From: Mobula hypostoma
Taxonomy: Eukaryota
DNA length: 64,000 bases
Assembly: GCF_963921235.1 (NCBI RefSeq)
Contig: NC_086097.1
Span: 247,382,001 to 247,446,000 of the forward strand
Direction: 5' to 3'
Below the pieces are notes generated by a model. The model was given only the letters and a program-made list of their open reading frames with translations. It was not told where the DNA came from and did no database searches. Below are positions 1 through 12,894 of the stretch, in pieces. The position numbers were made by a program, and so were the translations under genes. The number at the start of each line of letters is the position of its first letter. The stretch's first letter is position 1.

Positions 1-435
1 AATTCCAGTCCTTGTCCCCGGATTATCAAAACCCATAGACATCAGGCCTCCGACTTTGCATCTTCTCCCCCAGGGCACTGATCATGTTTGGGCATGTCCG
101 GATTGGTGAGGATCCTTAATGGTGGATGCCACCCTCCTTAATGGGTAGGAGCCAGCCGTGGCTTTATAACTCTGCTTTGAATCAGGGTTTGTGTTATGTT
201 ATTGTTGAATCTGAAATGTTAGAAGATTGCAGGTGAATTATTCATCTTTTCTGAGACCAGTGATCTTCTTCACAGATCCTCTCAGCTGGAGACGATTCCA
301 ATCTGCCAGATTTAAACCAGTGCCCTGTTTGTGCCATCTACTGGGTCATTATTCTTCTACATCATCATCATTATGTGCCCTGTCATATGGCATGGGTGAT
401 CATGGTCTATCCATAAACATGATTGTACTTGGTCA

Positions 436-1138
436 TGTAGCCCCCCGGCCAGCCTCAGGGTCGCTCGGCTCGCTGTCGTCTAGGGAAACAGCCCTCGGCC
501 CCGCCAAACTGGGGAATCAGTTTGTGTGGATGCTGTGTGATGTACCCCACCCCGCCCAAATAACAGACAATACACCAGATACGATTAAATGATTTACAGT
601 TTATAGATATTACTGGAACTATATAATTAATAGAGAATAAAATATAAAAGGAAAATAAAAGGCGCCACACTTATCAAAGTTCAATCTCTTTGCGCACAAA
701 CAGTTGGAGCTCAGGACCCTTCTTCTTCACCTTATGACCCCTCAGGCCACCTCAACCGGCCGCCTGGGACCAACAACGGTGGTCGCCCAGATGCTCCACA
801 TGAGTCCATCTTCGTCTCCCCTCCTCGCCGAACGCCCCACTCAGGGTCCGACCTCGTTAGCGGACTCACAGCACCTGGTCTATCCTCTGTCTCTCTCTCT
901 CTCCCACCTTCTGCCCCAAAACCCCGCGCATACAATATCTTGCAGACACACCAAAAGCATAACAACTATCCCAATTGGTTTGTAACATCTTCTTATCAGT
1001 AACATGATCCAAACAAACTGCTAGCGGGAGGACTTTCTCAGCAGTTAACATAACAAAGAAGCCCTTTCAATTGTAACATAACAAAGAAGCCATTTTAATT
1101 AGACTACGCAGTGACATAAAAAAAAGAAACCCCTTACA
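436..1138 (-). mobile_element. Solo LTR (Gypsy-type), 703 bp
   Basis: TG...CA termini; 4-bp TSD gtca/gtaa (432-435, 1139-1142; 1 mismatch). It splits an older repeat. Its minus-strand 3' part resembles the U5 of the LTR at 39404-39976. Confidence 0.8.
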
Positions 1139-1222
1139 GTAAGTTTTTCTACAGAAGTGGTTTGCCATTGCCTTCTTCTGAGTAGTGTCTTTAAAAATGG
1201 GTGACCCCAGCCATTATCAGTA

Positions 1223-2110
1223 TAAGACCATAAGACCATAAGGCATAGGAGCAGAATTATGCCATCCACCCCATCAAGTTAGCTCCGCCATTCCATCATG
1301 GCTAATCCTGGATCCCACTAAATGCCATACACCTGCTTTCTTGCCATATCCTTTGATGCCCTGACTGATCAGGTTGAGGCAGGTTCGATGTTGGCATTTA
1401 AAGTTAAATTGGACAGCTACATGGACAGGAAAGGAATGGAGGGTTATGGGCTGAGTGCAGGTCGGTGGGACTAGGTGAGAGTAAGAGTTTGGCGCAGACT
1501 AGAAGGGCCAAGATGGCCTGTTTCCATGCTGTAATTGTTATATGGTTATATGGTTATATCAGGAAATTATCAACTACCGCCTTAAATATACACACGGATT
1601 TGGCCTCCACCGCAGTCTGTGGCAGAGCATTCCACAGATTCACCACCCTCTGGCTTAAAAAATTTCCTCCTTGCCTCTGTTCTAAAAGGTCACCCCTCAA
1701 TTTTGAGGCTGTGCCCTCTAGTTCTGGATACCCCCACCACAGGAAACATCCTCTCCACATCCACCCCAGCTAGTCCTTTCAATATTTGGAAGGTTTTAAT
1801 GAGATCCTCATGCATTCTTCTAAATTCCAGTGAGTACAGGCCCAAAGCTGCCAAACGCTCCTCATATGTTAACCCCTTCTTTCCTGAAATCATCCTGTAA
1901 ACCTCCTCTGGACTCTTTCCAATGACAACACATCGTTTCTGAGATATGGGGCCCAAAACTGTTGACAATACTTCAAGTGGGGCCCGACTGGTGTCTTATA
2001 AAGCCTCAGCTTTATCTCCTTCCTTTTATATTCTATTGCGCTTGAAGTAAATGCCAACATTGCATTTGCCTTCTTTACCACAGACTCAGCCTGTAAATTA
2101 ACCTTCTGGT
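1223..2110 (-). mobile_element. CR1 LINE 3' fragment, with a second plus-strand CR1 3' end inserted at about 1372-1557
   Basis: ORFs give CR1 RT C-terminal motifs (YKTPVGPHLKYCQQFWAPY, LERVQRRFT, SQRVVNLWNALP); (gaccataa)n tail; the insert ends in (ttatatgg)n. Confidence 0.85.
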
Positions 2111-2114
2111 TAAG

Positions 2115-2445
2115 TGGTCTCCAAATCTACACCGGGTCTCAATGTACAGGAGGCTACACTGGGAGCACAGAGCACAGTACATGACCCCAACAGACTCACA
2201 GGTGAAGTGTCGCCTCACCTGGAAGGACTGTTTGGGGCCCTGAGTGGTGGTAAGGGACAGGTGTTGCACTTGTAGTTTTTGCAAGGATAAGTGCCAGGAG
2301 GGAGATCAGCGGGGAGGGACGAATGGACAAGAGAGTCGCAGAGGGAGTGATCCCTGCGGAAAGCAGAAAGTTGGGGGGAGGGGGAAGGAAAAATGAGGTT
2401 GGTGGTGGGAACCCGTTGGAGATAGCGGAAGTTTCTGAGAATTAT
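2115..2445 (-). mobile_element. Penelope-like element fragment (GIY-YIG endonuclease)
   Basis: ORF 2075-2284 reads QGPKQSFQVRRHFTCESVGVMYCALCSQCSLLYIETRCRFGDH, a Penelope GIY-YIG signature (VxY-CxxC-YIGET). Confidence 0.8.
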
Positions 2446-2881
2446 GTTAATCTGTCAATCATGTTGCCTCTCATATGATTGGCACCTATACAATCGGTTC
2501 CTCGTTGATGAAGTGATCTATTGTTACTACAAAAAAGATAGATGCATTCTGCTTTTTATCATGCTCTCCCCATGATTCTGCCAACTCCCATTCCTCAAGT
2601 GACAAAAATGAAGGTAATCTTTAGCTCTTGATCTTAAATCTACCCCTGTCGACACTAATCTCATTTGCATATGTTGGGACTATTTCCTTCCCTACCTTTC
2701 CAATTTAAGTGCCAATCTGAATGTCTCCTGAATATACAAAATGCATCTATGACAGCAGATCATTCCCTCAGCACTACAGTGGAAAGGAGTGGACGTTATT
2801 TTCTCATGTCCCGGACTCTCTCTCTCAGTCTGAGAACACTGCGGACACACCCGGACCACAGTGACAGCTGAGGTTCAAAGA

Positions 2882-3275
2882 CATAAGAAATAGGAGCAGG
2901 AGTCGGCCATCTGTCCCATTAAGCCTGCTCCACCATTCAATAAGATCATGGCTGATCTGGCCATAGATTCATCTCCACCTACCTGCCTTTTTCCCCATAA
3001 CCCTTAATTCCCCTACTGTGCAGAAATCTATCTAAGCTTGTCTTACTGAGGTAGCCTCCACTGCTTCATTGGGCAGAGAATTCCATAGATTCAACATCCT
3101 CTGGGAAAAGTAGTTCCTCTTCATCTCCATCCCAAATCTACTCCCCCAAATCTTGAGGCTCTGTCCCCTAGTTTTAGTCTCACCTCCCAGTGGAAATAAC
3201 TTCCCTGTCTCTATCTTATCTATCCCTTTCATAATTTTACATGTTTCTATAAGATCCCCTCTCATTCTGCTGATC
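2882..3275 (-). mobile_element. CR1 LINE 3' fragment
   Basis: RMRGDLIETCKIMKGIDKI...FSQRMLNLWNSLP plus CR1 3' UTR. Confidence 0.85.
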
Positions 3276-3441
3276 ATCACCACCTTCTCAAGGGTAACCA
3301 GGGATTGGTAATTGTATGCTGTATCAGTCTGCAAACTCCTCATCCTTTAAATAAATATGAGAAAACACGACCTTGCATATCTTAAATACCACCTAATTGT
3401 GAAAGGAAACATCAGCATTACACCAAGCCAACTGAGGCAGA

Positions 3442-3883
3442 GAGTGGCCACCGTTTTACACCTGTGCATCTGCTTGTTAATGCAAACATCTGATCAGCCA
3501 ATCACATGGAAGCAACTCAATGCATAAAAGCATAAAGACCAAACGTCAGAATGGGGAAGAAATGCGATCTGAGTGACACTGATCGTGGAATGATTGTTGG
3601 TGCCAGACAGGGTGGTTTAAATATCTTAGAAACTGCTGATCTCCTGGGAGATTCATGCACAACAGTCTCTAGCGTTTACAGAAAAAGCTACAGAAGACAA
3701 AAAATAAAAATCCAGTGAGCAGCAGTTCTGTGGGCGAAAACACGTTGTTAATGAGAGAGGTCAGAGGAGAATGGCCAGACAGAAGTTGACAGTAACTCAA
3801 CTAACCACATGTTACAGCAGTGGGGTGCAGAAGTGCATTTCTGAAGAGTATAGGCTCTTTATTAGATACAGGAGGTGAGTGTA
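3442..3883 (+). mobile_element. Tc1-like DNA transposon, internally deleted
   Basis: From ATG 3551: MGKKCDLSDTDRGMIVGARQGGLNILETADLLG, a Tc1 transposase N-terminal HTH; degenerate terminal inverted repeat (TIR) ending gagtgTA. Confidence 0.75.
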
Positions 3884-4268
3884 TGGATTCTTTTTTTTTC
3901 AATTTATAGTAGTTTTTAAGTATTGTATTGTACTGCTGTCACAAAACAACACATTTCATGGCATATGTAAATGCTAATTGACCTGATTCTAATTCTGAAT
4001 TAATTAAAACATAACTATTGTGTTAAAGAAAGGAAGCTAAACCAAAAGGTTTAGCTTTTAAAGCAGAGTTACTGAGCCCAACTGAATGAAGGGGTTAGTT
4101 ATATAAGAGCCAGTTGTCACTGAAGGGACAGACATGAACTGGAATGGTCTGTGTGCCTACCTTCCTGATCTTTTATAATCAGCCGTATTGAAAGAACTAA
4201 ACATACAAAGTGAGGGGACAGAGGTAAATGAAATTGGTTGTAAAACAAAAATAGTTTCGATACCAAAA

Positions 4269-4550
4269 GGGGCGGCTAGGTAGTGTAACGCTTAGCACAA
4301 TGCTTTACAGTAACAGCGACCTGGGTTCAATTCCTGCCGCTGTCTGTAAGGACTTTGTACGTCCTCTCCGTGATGACATGGGTTTCCTCTGGGTGCTGCG
4401 GTTTCCTGCCACGGCTCAAAGACATACCTGTTGGTAGGGCAATTGGTCATTGTAAATTGTCCTGTGATTCGGCTAGGGTTAAGTCTGGGGATTGCTGGGT
4501 AGTGTGGATCGAAGGGCCTATTCCACGCTGTATCTCAATCAATAAAGAAA
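4269..4550 (+). mobile_element. tRNA-derived SINE (HE1/V-SINE-like)
   Basis: Box B ggttcaattcc, V-domain-like gggtttcctctgggtgctgcggtttcctgccac, CR1-like 3' end and A-rich tail. Confidence 0.75.
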
Positions 4551-4959
4551 GTAAGAATTCAGAATTTATGCACAAGGCTACAGTTCAGGAATACGTTTAG
4601 TTATTCATTTTGTGATAATAGCTTAAATTTTGTAAAATTATGTTTTTTTTAAATCTAAATTTACAACTAGGATTTTACAGGAAAATGATTCTAGCATGGT
4701 ATATACAAGCAGTGGGGGCTTAGGAGAGCGCTAAGTTATTGCATCTGGAGTTTTAAAAGATTTGTATATTTGTTGATATTCAGCGTGGGACAGGCCTTCC
4801 AGCCCTCGGGCTGTGCTGACCAGCAAACATGGACAGTTTGTTCAGAGCTGGCATCAGGTACTTACTGCAGTCCTTTGTCATGAGTCACATACACTCCAAC
4901 ACCTTGTCCGAATAAAGAAAAAAATAAAGTGTACCACAGGACGTGCAGTGGTGTAGTAA

Positions 4960-5243
4960 TTTTATTTATTTATTGAGACACAGTGTAGAATAGGCCCTTT
5001 CCAGCCTTTCGAGCAGTGCTGGCCAGCAAGCCCCAATTTAACCCTCGCCTGATCACGGGACAATCTCCAATGACCACTGAACCTACCAACTGGTACGTCT
5101 TTAGACTGTGGGAGAAAGCTGGAGCCCCGAAGGAAACCCACGTGGTCACGGGGAGAACGTACAAACTCCTTACAGACAGCGGTTGGAATTAAACCCTGGT
5201 TACTGGTATTGTAATGTGTTGTGCTAACCACAACGCTGCCATG
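4960..5243 (-). mobile_element. tRNA-derived SINE (HE1/V-SINE-like), inverted relative to the 4269 copy
   Basis: Reverse complement matches the 4269-4550 copy; (ttta)n tail at 4960-4974. Confidence 0.75.
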
Positions 5244-5769
5244 CTCTCAGTGTATATTGGGAACTGCCTGTGTATCCTTTCGTGGACAGGCAGAAAGTAA
5301 TGCAAAATATATCTACGTTCCGCAAGGAGTAGAATTGTAATGGTTGTGATGTATTTATTTCCAAAAGCTCATCAGATGAATTACAGTTAAAGGCGAATCA
5401 AACAGGATTCCAAATTTAGTTCAAAGAAGAAACTTCTATGGAACAAAATATTGCTTTGGTCGAGAAGAGGGCATTGCCTTGGTTTGATCTAGATTGTTAG
5501 AGGTGGTAGAAAATTGTTACTGTTCAAGGGGTCATGGGATTAATTCTGAGTTTAAAGCGGCTTTGCTACTTCCTTGCCTTCAGGAGCTGGGCCAGTGTAT
5601 TTTCAAGGACAATTTTTATTGGTTTAAGAGAATCATAGAGCACAGTACAAAAGCAGGTCCTTCAGACTACAATATCCAGACAGACCTTTTTTACCCATTA
5701 ACACTAGGCCCATGTGGCCACATTAGGACAATTTCCTCTGTGTATCTTGCCTTTTCAAGAGTCCGGATA

Positions 5770-6090
5770 CCATAAGACCAAAAGATATAGCAGCAGAATT
5801 AGACTATTTGGCCCATCGAGTCTGCTTCGCCATTTCATCATGGCTGATCCACTTTGCCTCTCAGCCCCATATTGTTTCATGTCCTGACTAAACAAGAATC
5901 TATCATCCTCTTCCTTAAATATACCCAATGACATGGCCTCCACAGCTGCCTGTGGCAACGAATTCCACAGATTCACCACTCTCCGGTTAAAGAAATTGCT
6001 CCTCATCTCCTTTCTAAATGGACGTACCTCTATTCTGAGGCTGTGTCCTCTGGTCTTAGACTCTCCCAGCATAGGAAACATCCACTGCAA
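5770..6090 (-). mobile_element. CR1 LINE 3' fragment
   Basis: MFPMLGESKTRGHSLRI...RRVVNLWNSLP; cataagacca tail. Confidence 0.85.
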
Positions 6091-8229
6091 TTAAATACCA
6101 ATTAAACTGCAATTGTAACGTCAAAGTTGGTTCATTAAAGTTGTTATTGCTGGGGGGTGGCAGTGGGGATAAGCTCCCGCTACCTATTAAATGTTCTCAA
6201 ATAGTCTCTAACAACCAAGACTAGATCCTGGCCTTCACATGTAGTTTAACTACTAAGCCCAGCGGAACCTTTCTGCTGAAAGAAGAAGGGGAAAAGGCAG
6301 GTTATTGGTGCCTTCAGACATAAGGGGCTCGTCAGCCACAGTTGGCAGCTCATCTAGGAGAAAGAAAACTCTGATCTCAAACCTCCACTGCCTTGCAGTG
6401 ACACCCACTCATGGGGAAGGCCCAAGGGAAAAATCTGGAGCTGGAGCTCCTGAGGCAGTCCCACTCTGTTGAGTTGAATGCTGACTCGGTGACCAGTGGT
6501 GTGCCTCAGGGATCTGTTCTGGGACACCTACTCTTCGTGATTTTTACAAATGACCTGGATAAGGAAGTGGAGGGATGGGTTAGTAAATTTGCTGATGACA
6601 CAAAGGTTGGGGGTGTTGTGGATAGTGTGGAGGGCTGTCAGAGGTTACAGCGGGACATTGATAGGATGCAAAACTGGGCTGAGAAGTGGCAGATGGAGTT
6701 CAACCCAGATAAGTTACACAGGTAAGTTGGCATCACTGAATCATGGCTGAAAGAAATGTATGGCTGGGAGCTTAATGTTCAAGGATACATATTGTATTTA
6801 AAGAACAGACAGGAAGGCAGAGGGGGTGGCGTTGCTCTACTGGTAAAAAATGAAATCAAATCATTAGAAATAGGTGACGGAGAGTTGGAAGGTGTTGAAT
6901 CATTGCGGATGGAGCTAAGAAACTGCAAGTGTAGAAAGACCCGAATGGGAGTTGTATACAAACCCCCAAACAGTAGTAAGAATGTGGCCTACAAATTACA
7001 ACGGGAGATAGAAAATGCATGCCAAAAGGGCAATGTTACATGTTATCTCGGGGGACTTTGATATGGAGGTAGAGTGGGAAAATCAGGTTGGTGCTGGATT
7101 CCAGAAAGGAGAATTTTAAGAGCGCCTATGAGATGGCTTGTTAGAGCAGCTCATGGTTGAGCCCACTAGAGGATCAGATATTCTGGATTGGGTGTTGTGC
7201 AATGAGCCAAAATTGTTCAGATAGCTGAAGGTAGAAGAACCCCTTACGGGCAAGTGATCATAATATATTTGAATTCACCCTGAAATTAGAGAAGGAGAAG
7301 CTAAAATCTAATGCATCAGTATTATAGTGGAGTAAAGGGAATTACAGAGGCAAGCAGGAGGAGTTGGCCAGAATTGATCGGAAAAGAACACTGGCAGAGA
7401 TGACGGCAGAGCACCAAAGGCTGGAATTTCTGGAAGCAATTTGGAAGGCACAGGATATATACATTCCTAAGAGGAAGAAGTATTCTAAAGGCAAGATGAC
7501 ACAACCATAGCTACCAAGAGAAGTAGATGCCAACATAAATGCCAAAGAGAAGGCATAGCATAGAGCAAAAAATTAGTGGGAATTAGAGGATTGGGAAGCT
7601 TTTAAAAACCAACAGAAGACAATGAAAAAGTTATTAAGAAGGTAAAGATGGAATAAGTTAGCCAATAATATTAAAGAGGATACCAAAAGTTTCTTCAGAC
7701 ACATAAAGTGGAAAAGAGAGGCATGCGAGGATATTGGACCCTTGGAAAACAGTGCTGGAGGGGTAGTAATGGGTGACAACAAAATGGTAGACAAACTGAA
7801 TAAGTATTTTGCATCAGTTTTCATGTGGAAGACAGTAACAGTATGGTGGAAGTCCCAGATGACATGAAGTGTGTGAAGTTACCATTACTAGAGGGAAGGT
7901 TCTTGGGAAACTGAAAGATCTGAACATAGATAAGTCACTTGGACCAGATGGTGTACACCTCAGAGTTCTGAAAGAGGTGGTTGAAGAGATTGTGGAGGCA
8001 TTAGTAATGATCTTACAAGAATCAATAGGTTCTGGAAGACTGGAAAATTGCAAACGTTACTTCACTCTTCAAGAAGGGAGAGAGGCAAACTATAGGCCAG
8101 TTAGTCTGACCTCAGTGGTTGAGAAGAAGTTGAAGTCAATTATTAAGGATGAGGTCTCAGGGTACTTGGAGGCACATGGTAAAATAGGCCATAGTCAGGA
8201 TGTCAGAGAAAATATTGCCTGACAAATCT

Positions 8230-8412
8230 CATTTGCTGGTGAACGCAGCAGGCCAGGCAGCATCTATAGGAAGAGGCGCAGTCGACGTTTCAGGCCGAGA
8301 CCCTTCGTCAGGACTAACTTATCTTCCTATAGATGCTGCCTGGCCTGCTGCGTTCACCAGCAACTTTGATGTATGTTGCTTGAATTTCCAGCATCTGCAG
8401 AATTCCTGTTGT
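8230..8412. mobile_element. Penelope-LTR-derived palindromic mini-element inserted in CR1
   Basis: Perfect 42-bp inverted repeat (8233-8274 / 8322-8363), flanked by a 15-bp direct repeat ttgcctgacaaatct (8215-8229, 8413-8427). Confidence 0.75.
8280..8315 (-). ncRNA. Minimal type I hammerhead ribozyme motif
   Basis: Minus strand reads AGTC-CTGACGA-AGG(GTCTCGG)CCT-GAA-ACGTC^GACT: CUGANGA and GAAA cores, 3-bp stem II, palindromic ACGT stem III, GUC cleavage triplet, stem I AGTC/GACT. Confidence 0.75.
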
Positions 8413-8559
8413 TTGCCTGACAAATCTGTTGGAATTCTTTGAAAAAGTAACAAGCAGGATAGACAAAGAAGAATTGGTTGATGTTGTGTACTTGGATTTT
8501 CAGAAGGCCTTTGACAAGATGCCACTCATGAGGCTGCTTAACAAGCTATGAGCAATGAT

Positions 8560-11515
8560 TTGGCAGATAAATGCGTAACTGAGAAGCCTGTGCAAGAGGC
8601 AGAGCTTCAGGTTCTTGGATCATTGGGAAGCATGGAGGAACATCTAGAGAAACTTCTGAAGAGCCATGGGACCGGGGTCGAAGCGCTCGGCAGAGATGGT
8701 GCTCGGTGCTCAGGGTTGGAGAGCCGGTTGGAGGTTTGAAGGGATTTCGGACGACTCAGAGTCGAACTGTAGTCAGGCATGGCAGGGAGAGTTTTCTTCC
8801 TTCTCCCATCTACGTGAGATGTGGGACTTTCGAGAGACTTTGAACTTTTTTCACCTTGCCCATGGCCTGTTCTTCATCAAGTTATGGTATTGCTTGCACT
8901 GTTGTAACTATATGTTATAATTATGTGGTTTTCGTCAGTTTTTCAGTCTTGGTCTGTCCTGTGTTTCTGTGATATCACACCGGAGGAATATTGTATCATT
9001 TCTTAATGCATGCATTACTAAATGACAATAAAAGAGGACTGCGTGTCCTCATAATCTAATCTAATAATCCAATCTAATCTCTTCTGGGGGAGGTATGACA
9101 TGTTCAAAAGTGATCGGTTGCACCTGAACCCGAGGGGGACCAATATTCTCCCAGACAGGTTTGTTAGAGCTGTTGGGGAGGGTTAAAACTAATTTAGCAG
9201 GGGGGTGGGAACCGGAGTGAAGGGACTCAGGATAGGACAGATAGTAAAAAAGATAAAGATAGCATGCAATCAGACTGTCAGGAAAGGCAGGCAGGTGATA
9301 GGATGTAGTTGCAGTCAACAGGCTGAGTATCAAAACATTAGGGATGCAGAATCAGAAAGGATAGCAAATACAGTACTCAAGGTGTTGTATCTAAATGCGC
9401 GTAGTGTAAGAAATAAAGTGGATGATCCTGTTGCAATATTACAGATTGCCAGGTATGATGTTGTGGCCATCACTGAATCATGGCTGAAGGATGGTTGTAG
9501 TTGGGAGCTGAATGTCCAAGCTTACACGTTACATTGGAGGGATAGGAAGGTAGGCAGAGGGGGTGGTGTGGCTCTACTGGTAAAGAATGGCATCAAATCA
9601 ATAGAAAGATGTGACATAGGATGGAAGATGTTGAATCCTTGTGGGTTGAGTTAAGAAAATCAAGGGTAAAAGGACATTGATGGCAGTTATACACAGTCCA
9701 CCCCACAGTGGCTAGGATGTGGACCACAGATTACATCAGGAACTAGAAAAGGTGAGTCAAGAGGGCGATGTTATGGTAGCCATGGGAGATTTTAACATGC
9801 AGGTCAATTGGGAAAATCAGGTTGGTAATGGATCTCGAGAGTGAGTTAGTTGAATGCATAAGAGATAGCTTTTTAGAGCAATTTGTCATTGAGCCTATGA
9901 GGGGATCAGCTATACTGGATTCAGTGTTATGCAATGAACTGGAGGTGATTAGGGAGCTTAAGGTAAAAGAACCCTTAGGAACCAGTGATCACAATATGAC
10001 TGAGTTCAACTTGAAATTTGATAGGGAGAAAGTAAAGTCTGATGTAGCAGTATTTCAGTGGAGTAAGGGAAATTACAGCAGTCTGAGAGAGGAGTTGGCC
10101 AAAATAAATTGGAAGGTGATGCTGGCAGGGATGTCAGCAGAGCAGCAATGGCTTAGGTTTCTGGGAAAAATAAGGATGGTGCAGAATAGATCCATTCCAA
10201 AAACAAAGAAATATTCACATGGCAAAATAGTACAACTGGGGTGACAAGGGAAGTCAAAGCTAATGTAACAGCAAAAGAAAGGTCATACACAAAGTAAAAA
10301 TTAATGGGAAGTCTAATGGATGTTATATATTTGGACTTTCAGAAGGCCTTTGCCAAGATGCCAGACATGAGGCTCTTACCAAGTTAAGAGCCCATGGTAT
10401 TACAGGAAAGTTACTAAGATGGTTAGAGCGTTGGCTAATTGGTAGGAGGCACTGAGTGGGAATAAAAGGATCCTTTCCTGGTTGGCTGCCAGCGAATAGT
10501 GGTGTTCCGCAGGGGCTGGTGCTGGGACCGCTTTTTTTAATGCCATATATAACTGATCTAGATGATGGAATAGATGGCTTTGTTGCCAAGTTTGCAGAGG
10601 ATATGAAGATTGGTGGAGGGGCAGGTAGTGTTGAGGAAACAGGTAGGACGCAGAAGGACTTAGACAGATGAGGATAATGGGCAAGAAAGTGGCAAATGAA
10701 ATACAATGTTGGAAAATGCACGGTCATGCACTTTGGTAGTAGAAATAAATGTGCGGACTTAATGGGCAGAAACTCCAAAAATTTGAGTTGCAAAGGGACT
10801 TGGGAGTCCTTGTGCAGAACACCCTAAAGGTTAACTTGCAGGTTGAGTCGGTGGTGAGGAAGGCAAACGCCAGGTTAGCATTCATTTTAAGAGGACTAGA
10901 ATACAAGAGCAAGGATGTGCTGAGCTTTATAAGGCACTGGTGAGGCCTCACCTTGAGTATTGTGAACAGTTTTGGGCCCCTCATCTTAGAAAAGATGTGC
11001 TGGCATTGGAGAGGGTCCAGAGGAGGTTCACAAGAATGATTCCAGGAATGAAAGGGTCATCTTACGAGGAATGTTTGATGGCTCTGGGTCTGTACTCACT
11101 GAAATTCAGAAGGATGAGAGGGATCTCTTTGAATCCTCTCGAATGTTGAAAGACCTGGACAGAGTAGATGTAGGAAGGATGTTTCCCATGGTGGGAGAGT
11201 CCAGGACAAGAGGGCACAGCCACAGGATAGAGAGGCACCCTTTTTTCAAACAGAGATGCGGAGAAATTTCTTTAGCCAAAGGCTGGTGAATTTGTGGAAT
11301 TTGTTGCCACATGCAACTGTAGAGGCCATGTCGTTGGGTGTATTTAAGGCAGAGATCAAAATGTTCTTGATTGGACATGGCATCAAAGGTTACGGGGAGA
11401 AGGCCAGGAACTTGGGTTGAGGAGAAGAAGAAAAAAAGGATCAGCCATGATTGAATGGCTGAGCAGACTCGATGGCCAGAAGGCCTAATTCTGCTCCTAC
11501 GCCTTATGGTCTTTT
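8560..11515 (+). mobile_element. CR1 LINE (ORF1 esterase end + ORF2 EN-RT), degenerate, internal deletion near 10310, with another element inserted at about 8640-9079
   Basis: LKVLYLNARSVRNKVDD..VVAITESWL (APE), GDFN, SDHN, SGVPQG..KFAEDMK, LERVQRRFTRMI; the insert ends in (taatc)n. Confidence 0.85.
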
Positions 11516-11759
11516 AGTCCTACTGACTCTGCAGCAGCATTCTGAATGAGCTGCCACTGTCTGAGGGATATTTTAACAGGGATTTAAGGCAGAAGTTGAT
11601 GGATTCTTGATTGGTCAAGGTATGAACGGATACGGGAAGAAGGCAGGAGACTGGGCTGAGGGGAAAATTGGATCAGCCATGATGAAATGGCAGAGCAGAC
11701 TCGATGGACCAAATGGCTTAAATCTGTTCCTATATCTTATGGTCTTATGTCTTATAAAT

Positions 11760-12810
11760 ACCAACATGCAATTACAATGCAAACAGGATTATTAAAAGTG
11801 GTTTAAGCTGTTTACAGTACAGTGACAGGGGGATAATAGATAGAGGGGGTGAGGGTGGCTAACTAGAATTAGTTGAACTGCCTGGGGGAAGGAACTTTTA
11901 AGGTGGTGTGAAGTTTTTGCTTTAATAGGCCTATAGTGCTTTCTAGAAGGGAGCTTTTGGAAAAGGCAGTTTGCAGAGTGGGTCGTGTCCACAATGATTT
12001 GTCCCGCCCCGTTCTTTATCCTGAGCACATACAAGTTCAAGTTTAATTGTCTTTCAACTATACACATGAATACAGCCAAATGAAAGAGTGTTCCTTTGGG
12101 GCCATGGTGCAAAACACAGTACCAGCAGTCGCAAACAGCACACAGCACATATCATTATGATTGCATAAAACATACAGTTATATAAAAAAATAATATAGCC
12201 CAAGTCCCTGAGTATCAAGGCCTATAGATTGATGGTGCATGGATGTTATCTTGGAGCCATGTTTCTGCAAGAACAAGCCCACAGCAGTTCCTCATCTTGT
12301 CTAAGTGCACCTGCAGACAAATGCAATTCAGCTTGTCTTCCTGGGAGCAAACACTGGGTGGCAGCACTGATGGGCGAGTCAGACCCCAACCCAGTATGGA
12401 ATTCAGTGGCACGGAGCCAGCTCTGGCATCCTGCTCTGCCGTGGCTACAACATGCAACCCTGAGGCATGAGGGCCTGGCCTGCACCTTGACCGAGGCCAC
12501 GGAGCTCCCCCGCCATCAACCGGTGAATCAGACTCACAATATTTTAACTGGTGAATCAGACTCACAATATTTTACTTTACCAATCTCTGACCTGTTGTAC
12601 TTGATGTTCTTAATATCCGGCAGTGTGTTGCGATCATATAAAAGACATCCAAGTGCTGTAGCAATGATATACTTACATGTGCGTTCCTGCTGACTAACAG
12701 TTTGCTGTAGTTTTCGTATATTGTAGAATTCTGCACCGAACCAGACAGTAATGGCTGATGTGAGAATGCTTTCTATGATGACAACAATTCTATAAACCAA
12801 CCACGTTCTG
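11760..12810 (-). mobile_element. Fragments of Rex1/L2-type LINEs and a SINE tail
   Basis: DTTHSANCLFQKLPSRKHYRPIKAKTSHHLKSSFPQAV; IIESILTSAITVWFG; endonuclease piece CCGLVLAETWL. Confidence 0.65.
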
Positions 12811-12894
12811 TGCAAAGTGTTCTCCCCTCAGATCCCATTCAAAATTCCATCTTCTCCTTAAATTTTTCCTCCTCTCTTTAAATCTTCCTTAAAT

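Larger units (their letters stand above)
6486..8548 (+). mobile_element. CR1 ORF2 fragments (RT piece 6486-6712, then endonuclease-RT piece), frameshifted
   Basis: SGVPQGSVLG..KFADDTK; APE endonuclease motifs RGGGVALLVK and GVVYKPPNS; NYRPVSLTSVV; YLDFQKAFDK. Confidence 0.85.
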
